Virus record (IMG/VR): IMGVR_UViG_3300044852_000047
Location: 1 to 64,000 of that record
Direction: 5' to 3' (one strand)
DNA: 64,000 nucleotides
DNA from: a virus
Lineage: Duplodnaviria > Caudoviricetes
Under the pieces are notes generated by a model. The model saw nothing but the letters and a program-made list of their open reading frames with translations, did no database searches and had not been told where the DNA came from. The position numbers and the translations under genes were made by a program. Shown here in pieces: positions 8,652-18,396 of this stretch (positions are counted from its first letter, which is position 1; each line of letters begins with the position of its first letter).

Positions 8652-8990
8652 TTAGGGTTTGGGTGTTTCCGGTGGATCGGATAGAGGGATATTAAAACGT
8701 TGGTAGAACAACTTCTCGAGCCATTGGAAGGAACGCCCACCGACGTGCGCAGCCACGGCCACGCACAACGGTAAAGTGGCCCACTCAGGCAACATACCCA
8801 CCAACTTGGGGTAGGCACCATACATTAAGTAACCGGCCAACACCGCCGAGGCAAACTCGGTGGCCACCCACAGCACCGAGAACGGGTGCCCTTGGGAGAT
8901 GCGTTGTGCAATGGAAATGAAACCACTGATCAAACTGATCAATACAGCGCCCAACATGCTCCAAATGTTTGGATCATTCTGCCAAGGCAT
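8652..8990 (-). CDS. Putative holin
   Basis: 112 aa with 2-3 hydrophobic helices; LISGFISIAQRI...AGYLMY...AHVGGR resembles N4-type holins. Confidence 0.65.
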   Translation of the reverse strand: MPWQNDPNIWSMLGAVLISLISGFISIAQRISQGHPFSVLWVATEFASAVLAGYLMYGAYPKLVGMLPEWATLPLCVAVAAHVGGRSFQWLEKLFYQRFNIPLSDPPETPKP

Positions 8991-9071
8991 TGTTTAACTC
9001 CTGAACCGGTAATAAGGGTAACGCGCCGCAAGTGCGACCATAGTATCGGAACAGGGATTAAAGAGTAGTAG

Positions 9072-9632
9072 CTATTTAGCGCTGAGTGTCTGAAGGGCGG
9101 CCTTGATGGTATTAACGATCAGCATTAAGCGGGTATAAGCATGGTTCTCTTCTAACGCCTTGTCTTGTACTGGGTAGTGCCATTCCTCGCCAAAGATGTC
9201 GGTGAGTAGTTTGCCGTGGTACCACAGTTCACTGAAGTGTTCGATATGCTCCAAGTTGTCGATGTCGTTCCACAGTTCATAGGCTTCGCCTTTGCTCAGT
9301 TCGCCCAGCTCCCAGTCGTGACGTCCGGTGCGTTGGCGTCTACGTTGCACAATGCAACGCTTGGCCAGGGTGACTAAGGCCGACCCGGTGAAGTGTTTGT
9401 CCTGTAAGTTGCTCGACAAGTTGCTGAGAATGTAATGCGCGTCGCATCGATTAATGAACTGCACCAGGTCACCTCCCATGGCGCCCCAGTAACAGGTCCA
9501 ACTATCGCCCCAGCAACTTACCGTCAACTTGCCTTGGTTCGGACCCTGGTCTTCCAGGAAGACATTGATCGGGTCCAGCCGCGGAACTTCACTGATGACT
9601 AACTTGCGCACCGTCGACGTTACTATCTGCAT
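9072..9632 (-). CDS. Hypothetical phage protein
   Basis: Likely start MQIVTS; LDPINVFLED..G.LTVSCWG.SWT.YWGAMG motif. Confidence 0.75.
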   Translation of the reverse strand: MQIVTSTVRKLVISEVPRLDPINVFLEDQGPNQGKLTVSCWGDSWTCYWGAMGGDLVQFINRCDAHYILSNLSSNLQDKHFTGSALVTLAKRCIVQRRRQRTGRHDWELGELSKGEAYELWNDIDNLEHIEHFSELWYHGKLLTDIFGEEWHYPVQDKALEENHAYTRLMLIVNTIKAALQTLSAK

Positions 9633-10389
9633 TGACTTGCTCCTGTTGTTTGATGGCCATAATCTTCTTGGCTGCCGCATTTATCAGGTACAACTCATTG
9701 ATCAGTGATTCACTGACCACGCTGATGCTGATCTCGTACCACTCACAACCGATGCCCAGGGCTTCTTCGTTGTCACGCATGAACAGCTGAGCTTCGGTCA
9801 CGTCGCTGATGTTGTCCGCTTCACGCAGCAAGTCATAGCGGGTGTCCCAGTCATCACCATAGGTGCTGCTCTTGTCGTGTACGTAGTCTTTCAGGGCATT
9901 GAAGCAACTGTCGCCGACCAGCTCGTCGTCATGTCCTTGTAGGAGGAACGGCGGGAAGTCGTCATCAGCAATGTCTTCACTACTGGCTTGCTCAACGATC
10001 AGTCGACACATGCTGTTGGTGATTGCCTGCTTGAACTTCGGTTCGCAGAACTCGACTTCCTTGTGGCACTGATCCAGCTTGGTGTGGATGTAGTAGGTCA
10101 CATCCTTGCCGGCCAGAAACGGCATGCCGTAAGAGTGACCCACGGTCCAGGTCAGATTGTCGATGTCACCCATCACGGCAATCCCGAAGCGGGTCATCAT
10201 GATGTCGAAGGCGTAGTTGGTGGTGCCGGGTTGTTTACAGCGCCACACCTCCACCTGATCGGAGTTGATCAGGCACGAGTACTCGTGCTTTTCCAGGGTT
10301 TGTTCGGCCCGGATGATGCGGTCTTCTTCTTCAAGACGGCGACTGCGCAGTTACTCTTGGTGCTTGGCTTCACGTTGTGCGTCGTTCAT
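9589..10389 (-). pseudogene. Hypothetical protein interrupted by an in-frame TAA at codon 13
   Basis: ATG 10389 with AAGGAG RBS and ATGA coupling; TAA at 10353-10351; same frame stays open to 9589. Confidence 0.6.
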
Positions 10390-10559
10390 GGGGACTCCTT
10401 ACGGCTTCGGTCCAATGTTGATTGCGCCCGTTGCTCCAGGCGATGGGTCTCGATCCAGATACGGCGTTCCTCTGGGGTCATCTGGTCGATCTCCTTGTGC
10501 TGTTTATAGATACGGGCCAGCGCCAGGAAGATGTCGGCAGGTACCTGTACCGCTTTCAT
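10386..10559 (-). CDS. Small hypothetical protein (57 aa, not in track)
   Basis: MKAVQVPADIFLALARIY...RKESP*; fills gap between flanking genes. Confidence 0.6.
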   Translation of the reverse strand: MKAVQVPADIFLALARIYKQHKEIDQMTPEERRIWIETHRLEQRAQSTLDRSRKESP

Positions 10560-10561
10560 TT

Positions 10562-10924
10562 TCACAGAGAACTCTCCGGTACCCAGACCCAGGCGGCAAC
10601 GAAGGCTCCGTCTTCGCCGACAGAAACGGCACAGTTTTCGTCCATTTCTATGGTGTCGTTGGAGCCGTCGGCGTACATGGCAATTGCCTTCTGGCGGTAC
10701 TGGGCTTCCCGATCAGCATCATCCTGGTCCGGTTCCCAGCTCTGGATCTGGTTAAACACCCAGTCCCAATACCCACTGATGGTGTCCAAATCCATCACCA
10801 CAAGGCGCCACAGCTGGCGCGGGAAGTTCGGATGTTCACCGTCACCGACTGGACTGTATTTGGTTTCCAGGTCGTTGGCGTTGAGGGTGTTTTCTTCGCT
10901 GTACAACGCGTCGGTGTATTTCAT
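10562..10924 (-). CDS. Hypothetical protein
   Basis: GGAGG RBS before MKYTD; acidic; SVGEDGAFVAAWVWV C-terminus. Confidence 0.7.
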   Translation of the reverse strand: MKYTDALYSEENTLNANDLETKYSPVGDGEHPNFPRQLWRLVVMDLDTISGYWDWVFNQIQSWEPDQDDADREAQYRQKAIAMYADGSNDTIEMDENCAVSVGEDGAFVAAWVWVPESSL

Positions 10925-11097
10925 GCCGCCTCCTTTGGATTGAGGGTCATCAGGGCATCGGCGACACCGTCCTGAATAGTTTGGGTTTCGTGGTGGAAGT
11001 AGACCCACGCCAAGGCTTCTGCCTGCTTACGGGTCAATGGCCAGCATTCACGGTGTTTCTCGTAGATGCTGGCCGCGCATTCATCCAGTTCGGTCAT
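10921..11097 (-). CDS. Small hypothetical protein
   Basis: GGAGG RBS, ATGA coupling. Confidence 0.6.
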   Translation of the reverse strand: MTELDECAASIYEKHRECWPLTRKQAEALAWVYFHHETQTIQDGVADALMTLNPKEAA

Positions 11098-11297
11098 GCT
11101 GCCTCCTTTTGCCGCAGCTTTTTCAGTGCAGCGGGTGTCATGCCCTTGGTTTCCCGGCGGAACGCGTCGTAGGCACCGCTGGTGACCCGAACCCATTCAC
11201 TGTCCCGGGCTACCGGCAACATGCCGGCTTGCCAGGTACGGGTCATGCGATCAGACAGGCGAATGAAATACATGCGCCTGTTCACTTGATGGCCCAC
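11094..11297 (-). CDS. Small hypothetical protein
   Basis: 67 aa, coupled to neighbours. Confidence 0.55.
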   Translation of the reverse strand: MGHQVNRRMYFIRLSDRMTRTWQAGMLPVARDSEWVRVTSGAYDAFRRETKGMTPAALKKLRQKEAA

Positions 11298-12352
11298 TTT
11301 TCAGCGGCCTTGAGCAGCTGCTTATAGGCAATCCGCACTGGCAGGCGCATCTGTGCCTGGTTGGTACGAAACCATTCGGTGAGTATTTCCAGCGGTGTCT
11401 GGACCTTGAGCACCTTGGCGTTCTCGGTCTTGTAGGCGGCATGGCCGGTGACGGCGGTGTAATAGCTGCCGCCGACGTGCACAGTCTTGGTCATGCCCTT
11501 CTCGACGTACTTCTCCATCTCGGCCTGGCTGCGCACCGCGACCTTGCCCGGGTTGTTCTGCTTGAAGCGCTTGTAGCAGGCTTCCTTGACCAGTTGCGGG
11601 CAGTCGTACTCGATGTACTTGACGTCCTCGATGTCCTGGTCCATCAGCTCGGCGACCCGCTCCCACTGTTCGGTGTTTAGCCACATGTCCTTGGTGACCC
11701 GGCGCAGGTCCCAGTCATCCACGGTCTGGCGGTCACGCTCAAGCTCCAGGTACTGCGGCAGCACGTTGTAGCCATAGCTCAACTGGGTTTCACAGACCAG
11801 AAGGCCGCCGACGTACAGGAACCCTGGCTTGGAGGGCAGGATGTCGCCGAACTTGGTGACGATCACATCGTCGGAGGTGGCCTGCATGAACAGACACATG
11901 TCGTGGATCTGCGTGGTGTCTTCGTGGTTCAAGCCATCGATGACAAAGGACAGACCGCGGGCTTCACCATGGGCGAGCAGGGATTCGTTGATCTGCAACA
12001 CTTCGCATTCGAAGGTGTCACTACGGCCAAAGGCCGGGGTCCACAGCAGATCACCGTTGTACAACTTGACGTCGTAGTTCAGGCGAGCGAGGACCAGCAG
12101 CGCCAGCTTGAAGCCTTCGCCGAAGCTGCCGATCTTGCTGACGTCATCGGCCTTGCTGGTCTGGCCCAGCACCAGGGTACTGGACGGCAACACGGTGGTG
12201 CGGCTGGTCACGGTCAGGGTATGACCTTCGATGGACCACTCGATCGGGTCCTTGCTGTCGAGCGCGTTCTGCATGATTTCGCGGATGGCTTCCAGCAGTC
12301 CCCAGTGACGCACGTAATCACGGGACAGGGGCAATTCGTAGACACGGTCCAT
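11282..12352 (-). CDS. GHKL (HATPase_c) ATP-binding protein
   Basis: EAIREIMQNALD (N box), LGQTSK, KIGSFGEGFKLALL (G boxes). Confidence 0.8.
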   Translation of the reverse strand: MDRVYELPLSRDYVRHWGLLEAIREIMQNALDSKDPIEWSIEGHTLTVTSRTTVLPSSTLVLGQTSKADDVSKIGSFGEGFKLALLVLARLNYDVKLYNGDLLWTPAFGRSDTFECEVLQINESLLAHGEARGLSFVIDGLNHEDTTQIHDMCLFMQATSDDVIVTKFGDILPSKPGFLYVGGLLVCETQLSYGYNVLPQYLELERDRQTVDDWDLRRVTKDMWLNTEQWERVAELMDQDIEDVKYIEYDCPQLVKEACYKRFKQNNPGKVAVRSQAEMEKYVEKGMTKTVHVGGSYYTAVTGHAAYKTENAKVLKVQTPLEILTEWFRTNQAQMRLPVRIAYKQLLKAAEKWAIK

Positions 12353-12406
12353 GGGGACGTCTTCCTTTATTCATTGGTTTGAGGGGGAGGGTGTAACGAG
12401 GGTGTA

Positions 12407-12658
12407 TCAGGCAGGCAGCAGAGCGTCGTCTTCAGGGCGTCCGTCGATGTTCAGTGACTCGCTACGGCCCCAGCAGTGCTTACCGTCGGTGAAACCGGCA
12501 GAGATAGTGTTGCGCATTACCCGGCGCCAGTTGCCATGGGTCTGGTCCTTGATACGCCCTGCAACTTCGGCAAAGGCATCATGATCAATGGAGCAGTCAA
12601 AGACGAACATCAGTTCCTTGCCTTCTGCGTCACGAGTGACGATGTACTTGGCTTTCAT
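12407..12658 (-). CDS. Hypothetical protein
   Basis: 83 aa; ISAGF...CWGRSESLNI motif. Confidence 0.7.
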   Translation of the reverse strand: MKAKYIVTRDAEGKELMFVFDCSIDHDAFAEVAGRIKDQTHGNWRRVMRNTISAGFTDGKHCWGRSESLNIDGRPEDDALLPA

Positions 12659-12924
12659 AGTGCGGCTTCTTCCAGGTGCTGTTGGTATTCAGCGATGAGT
12701 TGGATTTCCACGGTCGGGGTGACCATGTCCATGAGCATCTGCTGGCGATCACCATTCAGGGTCAGGATGTCAAAGTAGAACTCTGCATCCTCCGGTGGAT
12801 CAGCATCACCGAAGCCATGGCCGGTGACGCGCATGTCCCGGCTGGGATGGTAGGACTCAACCCGGCACAAGACCGGGATGTCGTCGATCTGAGTTTGAAA
12901 GATCAAGGATTCGCTCCTGTTCAT
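12655..12924 (-). CDS. Hypothetical protein
   Basis: Likely start MNRSES; GFGDADPPE..EF motif. Confidence 0.6.
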   Translation of the reverse strand: MNRSESLIFQTQIDDIPVLCRVESYHPSRDMRVTGHGFGDADPPEDAEFYFDILTLNGDRQQMLMDMVTPTVEIQLIAEYQQHLEEAAL

Positions 12925-13378
12925 GGCGCGGCATGATGCTGATACCGCAGCGGTGAATGATGTCGACACCGGTGGTGTCATCGTGCAGGCGGTCGTAGAA
13001 CACGGCAGCAATACCCGAAGGGATGATCTGCCTGGCACACGGATCACACGGCGACACCGTGGAGTACAAATGTGCTCCTTCCAGTGAGATCCCGGCCCGG
13101 GTGGCTTTACCGATCGCGTTGTTCTCGGCATGCAGCACCGAGCGATCGGTCTTCATTCGCAACTTTTCTACGCCATGGACCATTTCCATGATCGGGGCGT
13201 TCTCGCAGCAGTTCGTGTGCCAGCCAGCGGGCTGGCCGTTGTAGCCGGGAATCACCAACCCTTGCGGGGTGACGATCACACACCCCACCTGCTCACGTTC
13301 AGCTTCAGTCTGGGCTTGGGCGGCGTAGGCCATAGCCCAGTACATCGGGCTGTATTTGAGTTTCAGTGGGGTGTGCAT
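12857..13378 (-). CDS. dCMP deaminase
   Basis: VGCVIV, GYNG, HAENNAI, PCDPC zinc-binding motifs. Confidence 0.9.
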   Translation of the reverse strand: MHTPLKLKYSPMYWAMAYAAQAQTEAEREQVGCVIVTPQGLVIPGYNGQPAGWHTNCCENAPIMEMVHGVEKLRMKTDRSVLHAENNAIGKATRAGISLEGAHLYSTVSPCDPCARQIIPSGIAAVFYDRLHDDTTGVDIIHRCGISIMPRHEQERILDLSNSDRRHPGLVPG

Positions 13379-13381
13379 CGG

Positions 13382-13564
13382 TTATCCCTTTCTTCGGTTC
13401 CACGCCAGCGCGGCTTTGGGCCGCGACGGGTAGCTGAGTTGACGTAGTTGGCAGCGGGTGCAGAACACCCGCCACTGCGGGCGTTGCAGATTGGTAAAGC
13501 AGACTCGGATGAAGACCGACTTACCTCCGCAGCAGGGACAGCCAAGCAGTGAGGGCAATGGCAT
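13382..13564 (-). CDS. Lar-family restriction-alleviation-like zinc finger
   Basis: CPCCGG...V.C..C...A..AWNRR. Confidence 0.7.
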   Translation of the reverse strand: MPLPSLLGCPCCGGKSVFIRVCFTNLQRPQWRVFCTRCQLRQLSYPSRPKAALAWNRRKG

Positions 13565-13571
13565 ATGCGGT

Positions 13572-13754
13572 TTACTCCTCAGGTGCCCAGGTGACGGTCA
13601 CAGTGAACTTGCCTGCCCAGAAGCCAGGGGAGCCTTCCATTTCAGGAATCTCAGCAGCGACTGGGTTGAATCGTTGATCGAAGCATTCGCTGATGTCCCG
13701 GCTTAAATCGACGATGTTTTCGCCGTCATACGACTTTTCAAATAGCGTCTTCAT
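13572..13754 (-). CDS. Small hypothetical protein
   Basis: Start MKTLFEK overlaps pol stop. Confidence 0.6.
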   Translation of the reverse strand: MKTLFEKSYDGENIVDLSRDISECFDQRFNPVAAEIPEMEGSPGFWAGKFTVTVTWAPEE

Positions 13755-16405
13755 GCGGCTTTCTTCTGTGGTGGATTTAAGTGATCCCGGCACAACCCCC
13801 TGATCTGATCAGTGGTGGCTTTGTTGGGCAGGGTGAGGGGTTTGGCCCAACTCGGGTAGAACAGGTCCAGTGCAGCGCCGAGCTTGACGGTGGGGTGATA
13901 CAGTTCAGGGAGTTCCTGCCATTGCATGGCTTCGATCAGCTTGCGATTGGCCCACTCGACCACGTCGATGTCGTCCCTCATCAGGATGTAGATCGCGTCG
14001 TGAATCAGGCAGATCGGCAGGATCTTGTGGCGGTACGGGGAAGCCCAGACTTCCTTGAAGAACGCCACCGCGGCGCGGTTGTTGAGCAAGCCATAGGACT
14101 GCCCCATGGCATTGCCGGCTGTACGTCCTTCGGCTTGTGCCTGGTAGGTGGTGGAACGGTTGCCCAGTACGCTCTGTCCCAGCAGCGGGGTACGGACACG
14201 CAGACCAAAGGCCACTTCCACGTAGCCGTCCGTGCACGCCTGCTTAATGCGTCGGGCGATGTATTCGTCCGACACTTTGTACAGGCTGTGGTAGTTGGCT
14301 TCGATGCGCTGGGACTTCTCCTGCGTCCAGCCCAGGTTCTTCATCATGCCGTGGTACGTGCCGCCATAAGTCAGCAGGAACGTCGGTGGTTTGGAGTCCT
14401 GGCGCAGCGGGTGGTCTTCTTTCTTCAGCCGGTTGACCGACTTCGGATCGCTGTGGTCGAGGAAGATACCTTCCGCTTCCAGTTGCTCCTTGAAGTAGAA
14501 CGCGGCACGCAGCGAGTGCCCGTCGAAGCCATCGGTGTACACCTTGAGCTTGTTCGGGTCCTTGGTGGTCAGCGCACTGATCATGTCTTCCAGCGAGTTG
14601 AAGTCAGCACCGCCCATCAACCAGCCTTTCGGTGCCTTGAACATGGCCTTGACCAGCTTGCCGTAGGTCGAACTGGCTGGCATGTTCTGAAGGTTCGGAT
14701 CACTGGAAGACAGGCGACCGGACAGTGTGCCGCCCAGGTTCAGTGAACCGTGCAGCCAGCGCATGCCGTCGGCCTTGAGCTTGCCGCTCTTGAACGCAGG
14801 CAGGAACGACGACAGGATCTTCGCCACCTTGCTGTAGTCGATCAACGCCAACAGCACGTCCTTGAACGGCGTTGCCAAGATATGCCCACTGAGTGTCTCG
14901 ATCACGTCCGCACCCGTGGCCGGTTGCTTGGTGTCGGTCAACTCGATGATTGGCAAACCCATCAACTCGTACAGCAGGACCTGCAACTGCGGGTTGCTGT
15001 TGGGGTTGAACGACTTGTAATGCTTGCTCGCCGGGTCACTGAACACCGTCAGCGGGTGCTGCTTGGTCTTCAATTTGGCGTTGGCATCGGTCATCGCCTT
15101 GGTTTGCACGTACGCGTTCATCTTCGCCATGATCGGGTGGGCCATCATCGTGGCCAGGTACCCTTCCTTGGCTTGGATCAGCTGCGCTTCCCCGGCGAGG
15201 ATCTGCTCATCATCCATCGGCATGCCGACTAGTTCGGTCTGAATCAACATCTTCTGGCTGTCACGGAACAGCCCCAGGTACAGCGCCTCCTGGTTGTCAG
15301 CGACCATGACCGGGTAGTACTTGTCACGGACAAACCAGGTGGATAGTGCATCCACAAGGTTATAGCGTAACAGTTGCTCCTCCGGGATAAGACGGATGTC
15401 CTTGATGTCCTCCACCGCATAGTTGCCGGCGAATTCATGGGCCAGTGCCTTCAAGCCAAGGACGTTGCCGGCCGTGGTGTTGGTGGCCAGGTAGGCGATC
15501 AGCTTGGTGTCGTGCATGCGCTCGGCCATCAGGTCTATGCCGCGCAACATGCCTTCGTAGTCCAGCGGATGGGTCATGAACAGTTGGTAGACCAGCACCT
15601 TCACGTCATAGCCCGCGTTGTGCCAGGTCATCTCGCCCTGGTACTCCTCGAAGAACTTGACCAGCAGGGCACGCACAGGGGCGTTGAACACCTGCTGACC
15701 GTAGTGCTTCTGCTCGTTCATCTCGGGCAGCGCTTCCCAGTCCACCTTGAACGAAATACCCTCGAACATGTTCCAGGCAAAGGAGATGGTGCCCACGCCG
15801 GCTTCGTCGAACTTCAGGCTGAAGCCTTCGATGTCGGCGGTGAGTGCGGGGTACTGGTGCAGCGATTGAAGGGTCTGCTCGATCTCCCCCAGGGTCTGCG
15901 GGTAGTACTCGTACTTAATTACGTCGGCACCCAGCTTTACATAGTTGCCATGGATGTGATCGGCCAGACACTTCAGACCCATGTCCAGTTTGGTTTGCTG
16001 GGTCGGGTCAAAGATCAGGCCCTGATAGTTGTAGCCCAGTACCACCTGCATGTGCTCGTAGCCGGCAATGGCGCAGGGCAGAACGTAGCCCATGTGCACG
16101 TCGGCTTTCTTCTCCTTGGTCAAGACCTTGAAGTAGGCACCGTCGTTGACGAACAGGTACTGGGTCTTGAGGCGCTCCAGTGCTGGCAGCAGCTCATCGA
16201 TCAGGTAGCTTTTGATCAGGCCAACCGGGGCTTTACCCCCGGCGTCGTAACGCAGGCTGAAACCAATGCAGTCATTGTTGGGCACGCCCAGTACCGCCAG
16301 CGGATCGACGTAGTAACGGCGCATTTCCGCAAGGCGCAGTGTCTGGGGTTTGGTCAGGAACGCCACCTTGTAGGTGGGTGTATCGCCGAAGAGAAGGTGG
16401 TGCAT
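13751..16405 (-). CDS. DNA polymerase, family A, N4 gp39-like
   Basis: Exo DIEGF, WHNAGYD, YNLVD; GTLSGRLSSSDPNLQNMP, ADFNSLE, RQDSKPPTFLLTYG, IHDAIY. Confidence 0.95.
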   Translation of the reverse strand: MHHLLFGDTPTYKVAFLTKPQTLRLAEMRRYYVDPLAVLGVPNNDCIGFSLRYDAGGKAPVGLIKSYLIDELLPALERLKTQYLFVNDGAYFKVLTKEKKADVHMGYVLPCAIAGYEHMQVVLGYNYQGLIFDPTQQTKLDMGLKCLADHIHGNYVKLGADVIKYEYYPQTLGEIEQTLQSLHQYPALTADIEGFSLKFDEAGVGTISFAWNMFEGISFKVDWEALPEMNEQKHYGQQVFNAPVRALLVKFFEEYQGEMTWHNAGYDVKVLVYQLFMTHPLDYEGMLRGIDLMAERMHDTKLIAYLATNTTAGNVLGLKALAHEFAGNYAVEDIKDIRLIPEEQLLRYNLVDALSTWFVRDKYYPVMVADNQEALYLGLFRDSQKMLIQTELVGMPMDDEQILAGEAQLIQAKEGYLATMMAHPIMAKMNAYVQTKAMTDANAKLKTKQHPLTVFSDPASKHYKSFNPNSNPQLQVLLYELMGLPIIELTDTKQPATGADVIETLSGHILATPFKDVLLALIDYSKVAKILSSFLPAFKSGKLKADGMRWLHGSLNLGGTLSGRLSSSDPNLQNMPASSTYGKLVKAMFKAPKGWLMGGADFNSLEDMISALTTKDPNKLKVYTDGFDGHSLRAAFYFKEQLEAEGIFLDHSDPKSVNRLKKEDHPLRQDSKPPTFLLTYGGTYHGMMKNLGWTQEKSQRIEANYHSLYKVSDEYIARRIKQACTDGYVEVAFGLRVRTPLLGQSVLGNRSTTYQAQAEGRTAGNAMGQSYGLLNNRAAVAFFKEVWASPYRHKILPICLIHDAIYILMRDDIDVVEWANRKLIEAMQWQELPELYHPTVKLGAALDLFYPSWAKPLTLPNKATTDQIRGLCRDHLNPPQKKAA

Positions 16406-16414
16406 ACGGGGTCC

Positions 16415-16945
16415 TTAACGCTTGTTGAGCAGGTTGAACACCATCCTTTGCTTGATGTAATCAAAGCTCTTGGCGTGGGTGTCGATCATCTTCTCCGCTT
16501 CGGCCAGGGTCAGGTTGACGCCTCGGCAGTTGCAGTGGTCGATGACCTGCTGGATGGGTGGGTGAATGGCGCTGGGGAACAGGGCCAAGTAATCCTGGAG
16601 CTGGTCGGAGGTGTTGAGCACGTTCTGGATGTAGCCCATAACCAGCGGCACCTCCACATCGTTCAACTCCTTGGTTTCCGCCAGGTAACGCTCCATGCGG
16701 TCATGCAGGGTCGGGTCCAGGCGCGGTATGTGCTTGGGCAGGTGACGGAATTCCTTCTTGGCGTAACGAATGCCTCGATAAACGAAGATCTCGTTGACGC
16801 CTTGACTGATCTGCTCGTTGAGGTCGATCAGCTCATGCAGTTCACGCTGGTAGTACTCGCGCACCGGGCCGTACAGGAATTCATGAATGGAGGTACGGAT
16901 GGCCACTTTCAGTTGCGGGTGATGAACTCGTTTGGGTGTAGTCAC
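16415..16945 (-). CDS. Conserved N4-like hypothetical protein between helicase and polymerase
   Basis: 176 aa, syntenic position. Confidence 0.7.
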   Translation of the reverse strand: MTTPKRVHHPQLKVAIRTSIHEFLYGPVREYYQRELHELIDLNEQISQGVNEIFVYRGIRYAKKEFRHLPKHIPRLDPTLHDRMERYLAETKELNDVEVPLVMGYIQNVLNTSDQLQDYLALFPSAIHPPIQQVIDHCNCRGVNLTLAEAEKMIDTHAKSFDYIKQRMVFNLLNKR

Positions 16946-18189
16946 GCAATATCTCCAGTAAAGGTCACTTGTCGTCGAAAGCGGCTGATGCCCACGTACA
17001 AGGCACGCGCCAGTTGGTTGCCGGTGCGGATCTTGCCCATGTCATTGAGGTCGATGAACCCGATGTCATAGGTCGATCCTTGGGATTTGTTGACGGTGCA
17101 GGCAAAGGCCGGACGCAGGTCAATCCAGGTGTCAGTGATGATCTCCATGGCGTGCCACTCCTCGCCGGCTTGCGCCTGCTTGAGGCGGATCTTGGCCAGG
17201 TCACGGCTGCGCGGCATGAAGTAGCTGCCGCCCTTGCCACTGAGACGCACCGTCCAGCCTTCGACTTCGTACTCGGTGTCCTCGGCAATGCTGGTGATCA
17301 GTACTTCTTCCTCGGTGTTGCACTTGCTGGCTTTGTTGTTGACCGCCTTGTTGACCACCATGTAGTCACCTTCAGCCGGCTCACTGGTGCCCTTCACTTG
17401 CCTCGACAGCAGCTCGTTGTAGGCAATCACCGTTTTGTTGGTGTAGGCCAGGGCCTTGATCGAGGTGTTCTTCTCGTTGGCGAAGGCGAGGAACAGACGA
17501 TCCTGGAAGGTTTTCTGATCCACCTTCTCGATCACGCCGGGGTACAACTCAAACTTCGGCCATGGTCCACCCAGCACCGTCTGGCGCAGGGCTTCGATCA
17601 ATGGCTTGAGCGGTGAGCTGTCGTCTTGCCTGACCGGCTCGGTGAGTTCGATCTGGTTCTTGCTCATATTGAACGCCGGCATGTACGTCGCACCGACCGG
17701 GGTCAGTTGCGCTGGATCGCCGATGAACACCAGCTTGCAGTCCTCGGTGCGCTCGAAGATGAACTTGAGAAGGGTCTGGTCAACGAAGCTGGCCTCGTCG
17801 ATAAAGATCAGGGTCCGGCTGACCGGGTCCTTGCCGGGTATCGGCTGGATAAAGGTCTTGCCCGTCTGGTAATTGGTTTGCACCCGCAGGCCCAGGTAAC
17901 TGTGAATGGTGCGTACATCAGCGCAGCCACTGTTGATCATCAGCGCTTCCGCCGCCTTGTTGGTGGTGGCGGTGAGCTGGAAGTCCCAGGGTACAAAGCC
18001 CGGGTCAACCATTTTCATCAGGCTGTTGAGCTTGGGCAGCTGCTCGAGCATGTGCGACACCAGGGTGGATTTCCCGGTGCCGCTGTAGCCTTTGAGCAAC
18101 ATCACGTTTTCCAAAGGGTCCAGGTAGAACTTGGCGAACAGGTCATAGCCGGCCAGTTGCCCAGCGGTCAGGGGGAAATCACGTTTCAT
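16942..18189 (-). CDS. SF1B (Dda/RecD-like) DNA helicase
   Basis: GYSGTGKS, IDEASF, GDPAQL, TVNKSQGST, YVGISR. Confidence 0.92.
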   Translation of the reverse strand: MKRDFPLTAGQLAGYDLFAKFYLDPLENVMLLKGYSGTGKSTLVSHMLEQLPKLNSLMKMVDPGFVPWDFQLTATTNKAAEALMINSGCADVRTIHSYLGLRVQTNYQTGKTFIQPIPGKDPVSRTLIFIDEASFVDQTLLKFIFERTEDCKLVFIGDPAQLTPVGATYMPAFNMSKNQIELTEPVRQDDSSPLKPLIEALRQTVLGGPWPKFELYPGVIEKVDQKTFQDRLFLAFANEKNTSIKALAYTNKTVIAYNELLSRQVKGTSEPAEGDYMVVNKAVNNKASKCNTEEEVLITSIAEDTEYEVEGWTVRLSGKGGSYFMPRSRDLAKIRLKQAQAGEEWHAMEIITDTWIDLRPAFACTVNKSQGSTYDIGFIDLNDMGKIRTGNQLARALYVGISRFRRQVTFTGDIA

Positions 18190-18198
18190 GGTTAATCC

Positions 18199-18396
18199 TT
18201 AAAGGAGAGAGTCGAGCACCTTTTCGTCGCGGCGCCAGGTTTCAATTTTGGTGACAGTCATGATCCCGGTCTTGGGGTCACGTTCCATGGTGACGCGACA
18301 GGCCAGATCCCCCCGATGTCCCGGGTCGAAACCAGTCACGGTGTCGCCATCCACTTCGACCCAGGGTTTATCAACGTCACGCATGTCACACCTCAA
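18199..18396 (-). CDS. Small hypothetical protein
   Basis: 65 aa gap-filling ORF. Confidence 0.5.
   Translation of the reverse strand: MRCDMRDVDKPWVEVDGDTVTGFDPGHRGDLACRVTMERDPKTGIMTVTKIETWRRDEKVLDSLL

Noticed and set aside
15374-17071. Long antisense ORFs (e.g. 15374-17071, 31225-32655, 38370-40085, 52083-53420)
   Set aside because: Shadow frames of GC3-biased genes on the opposite strand, with no motifs
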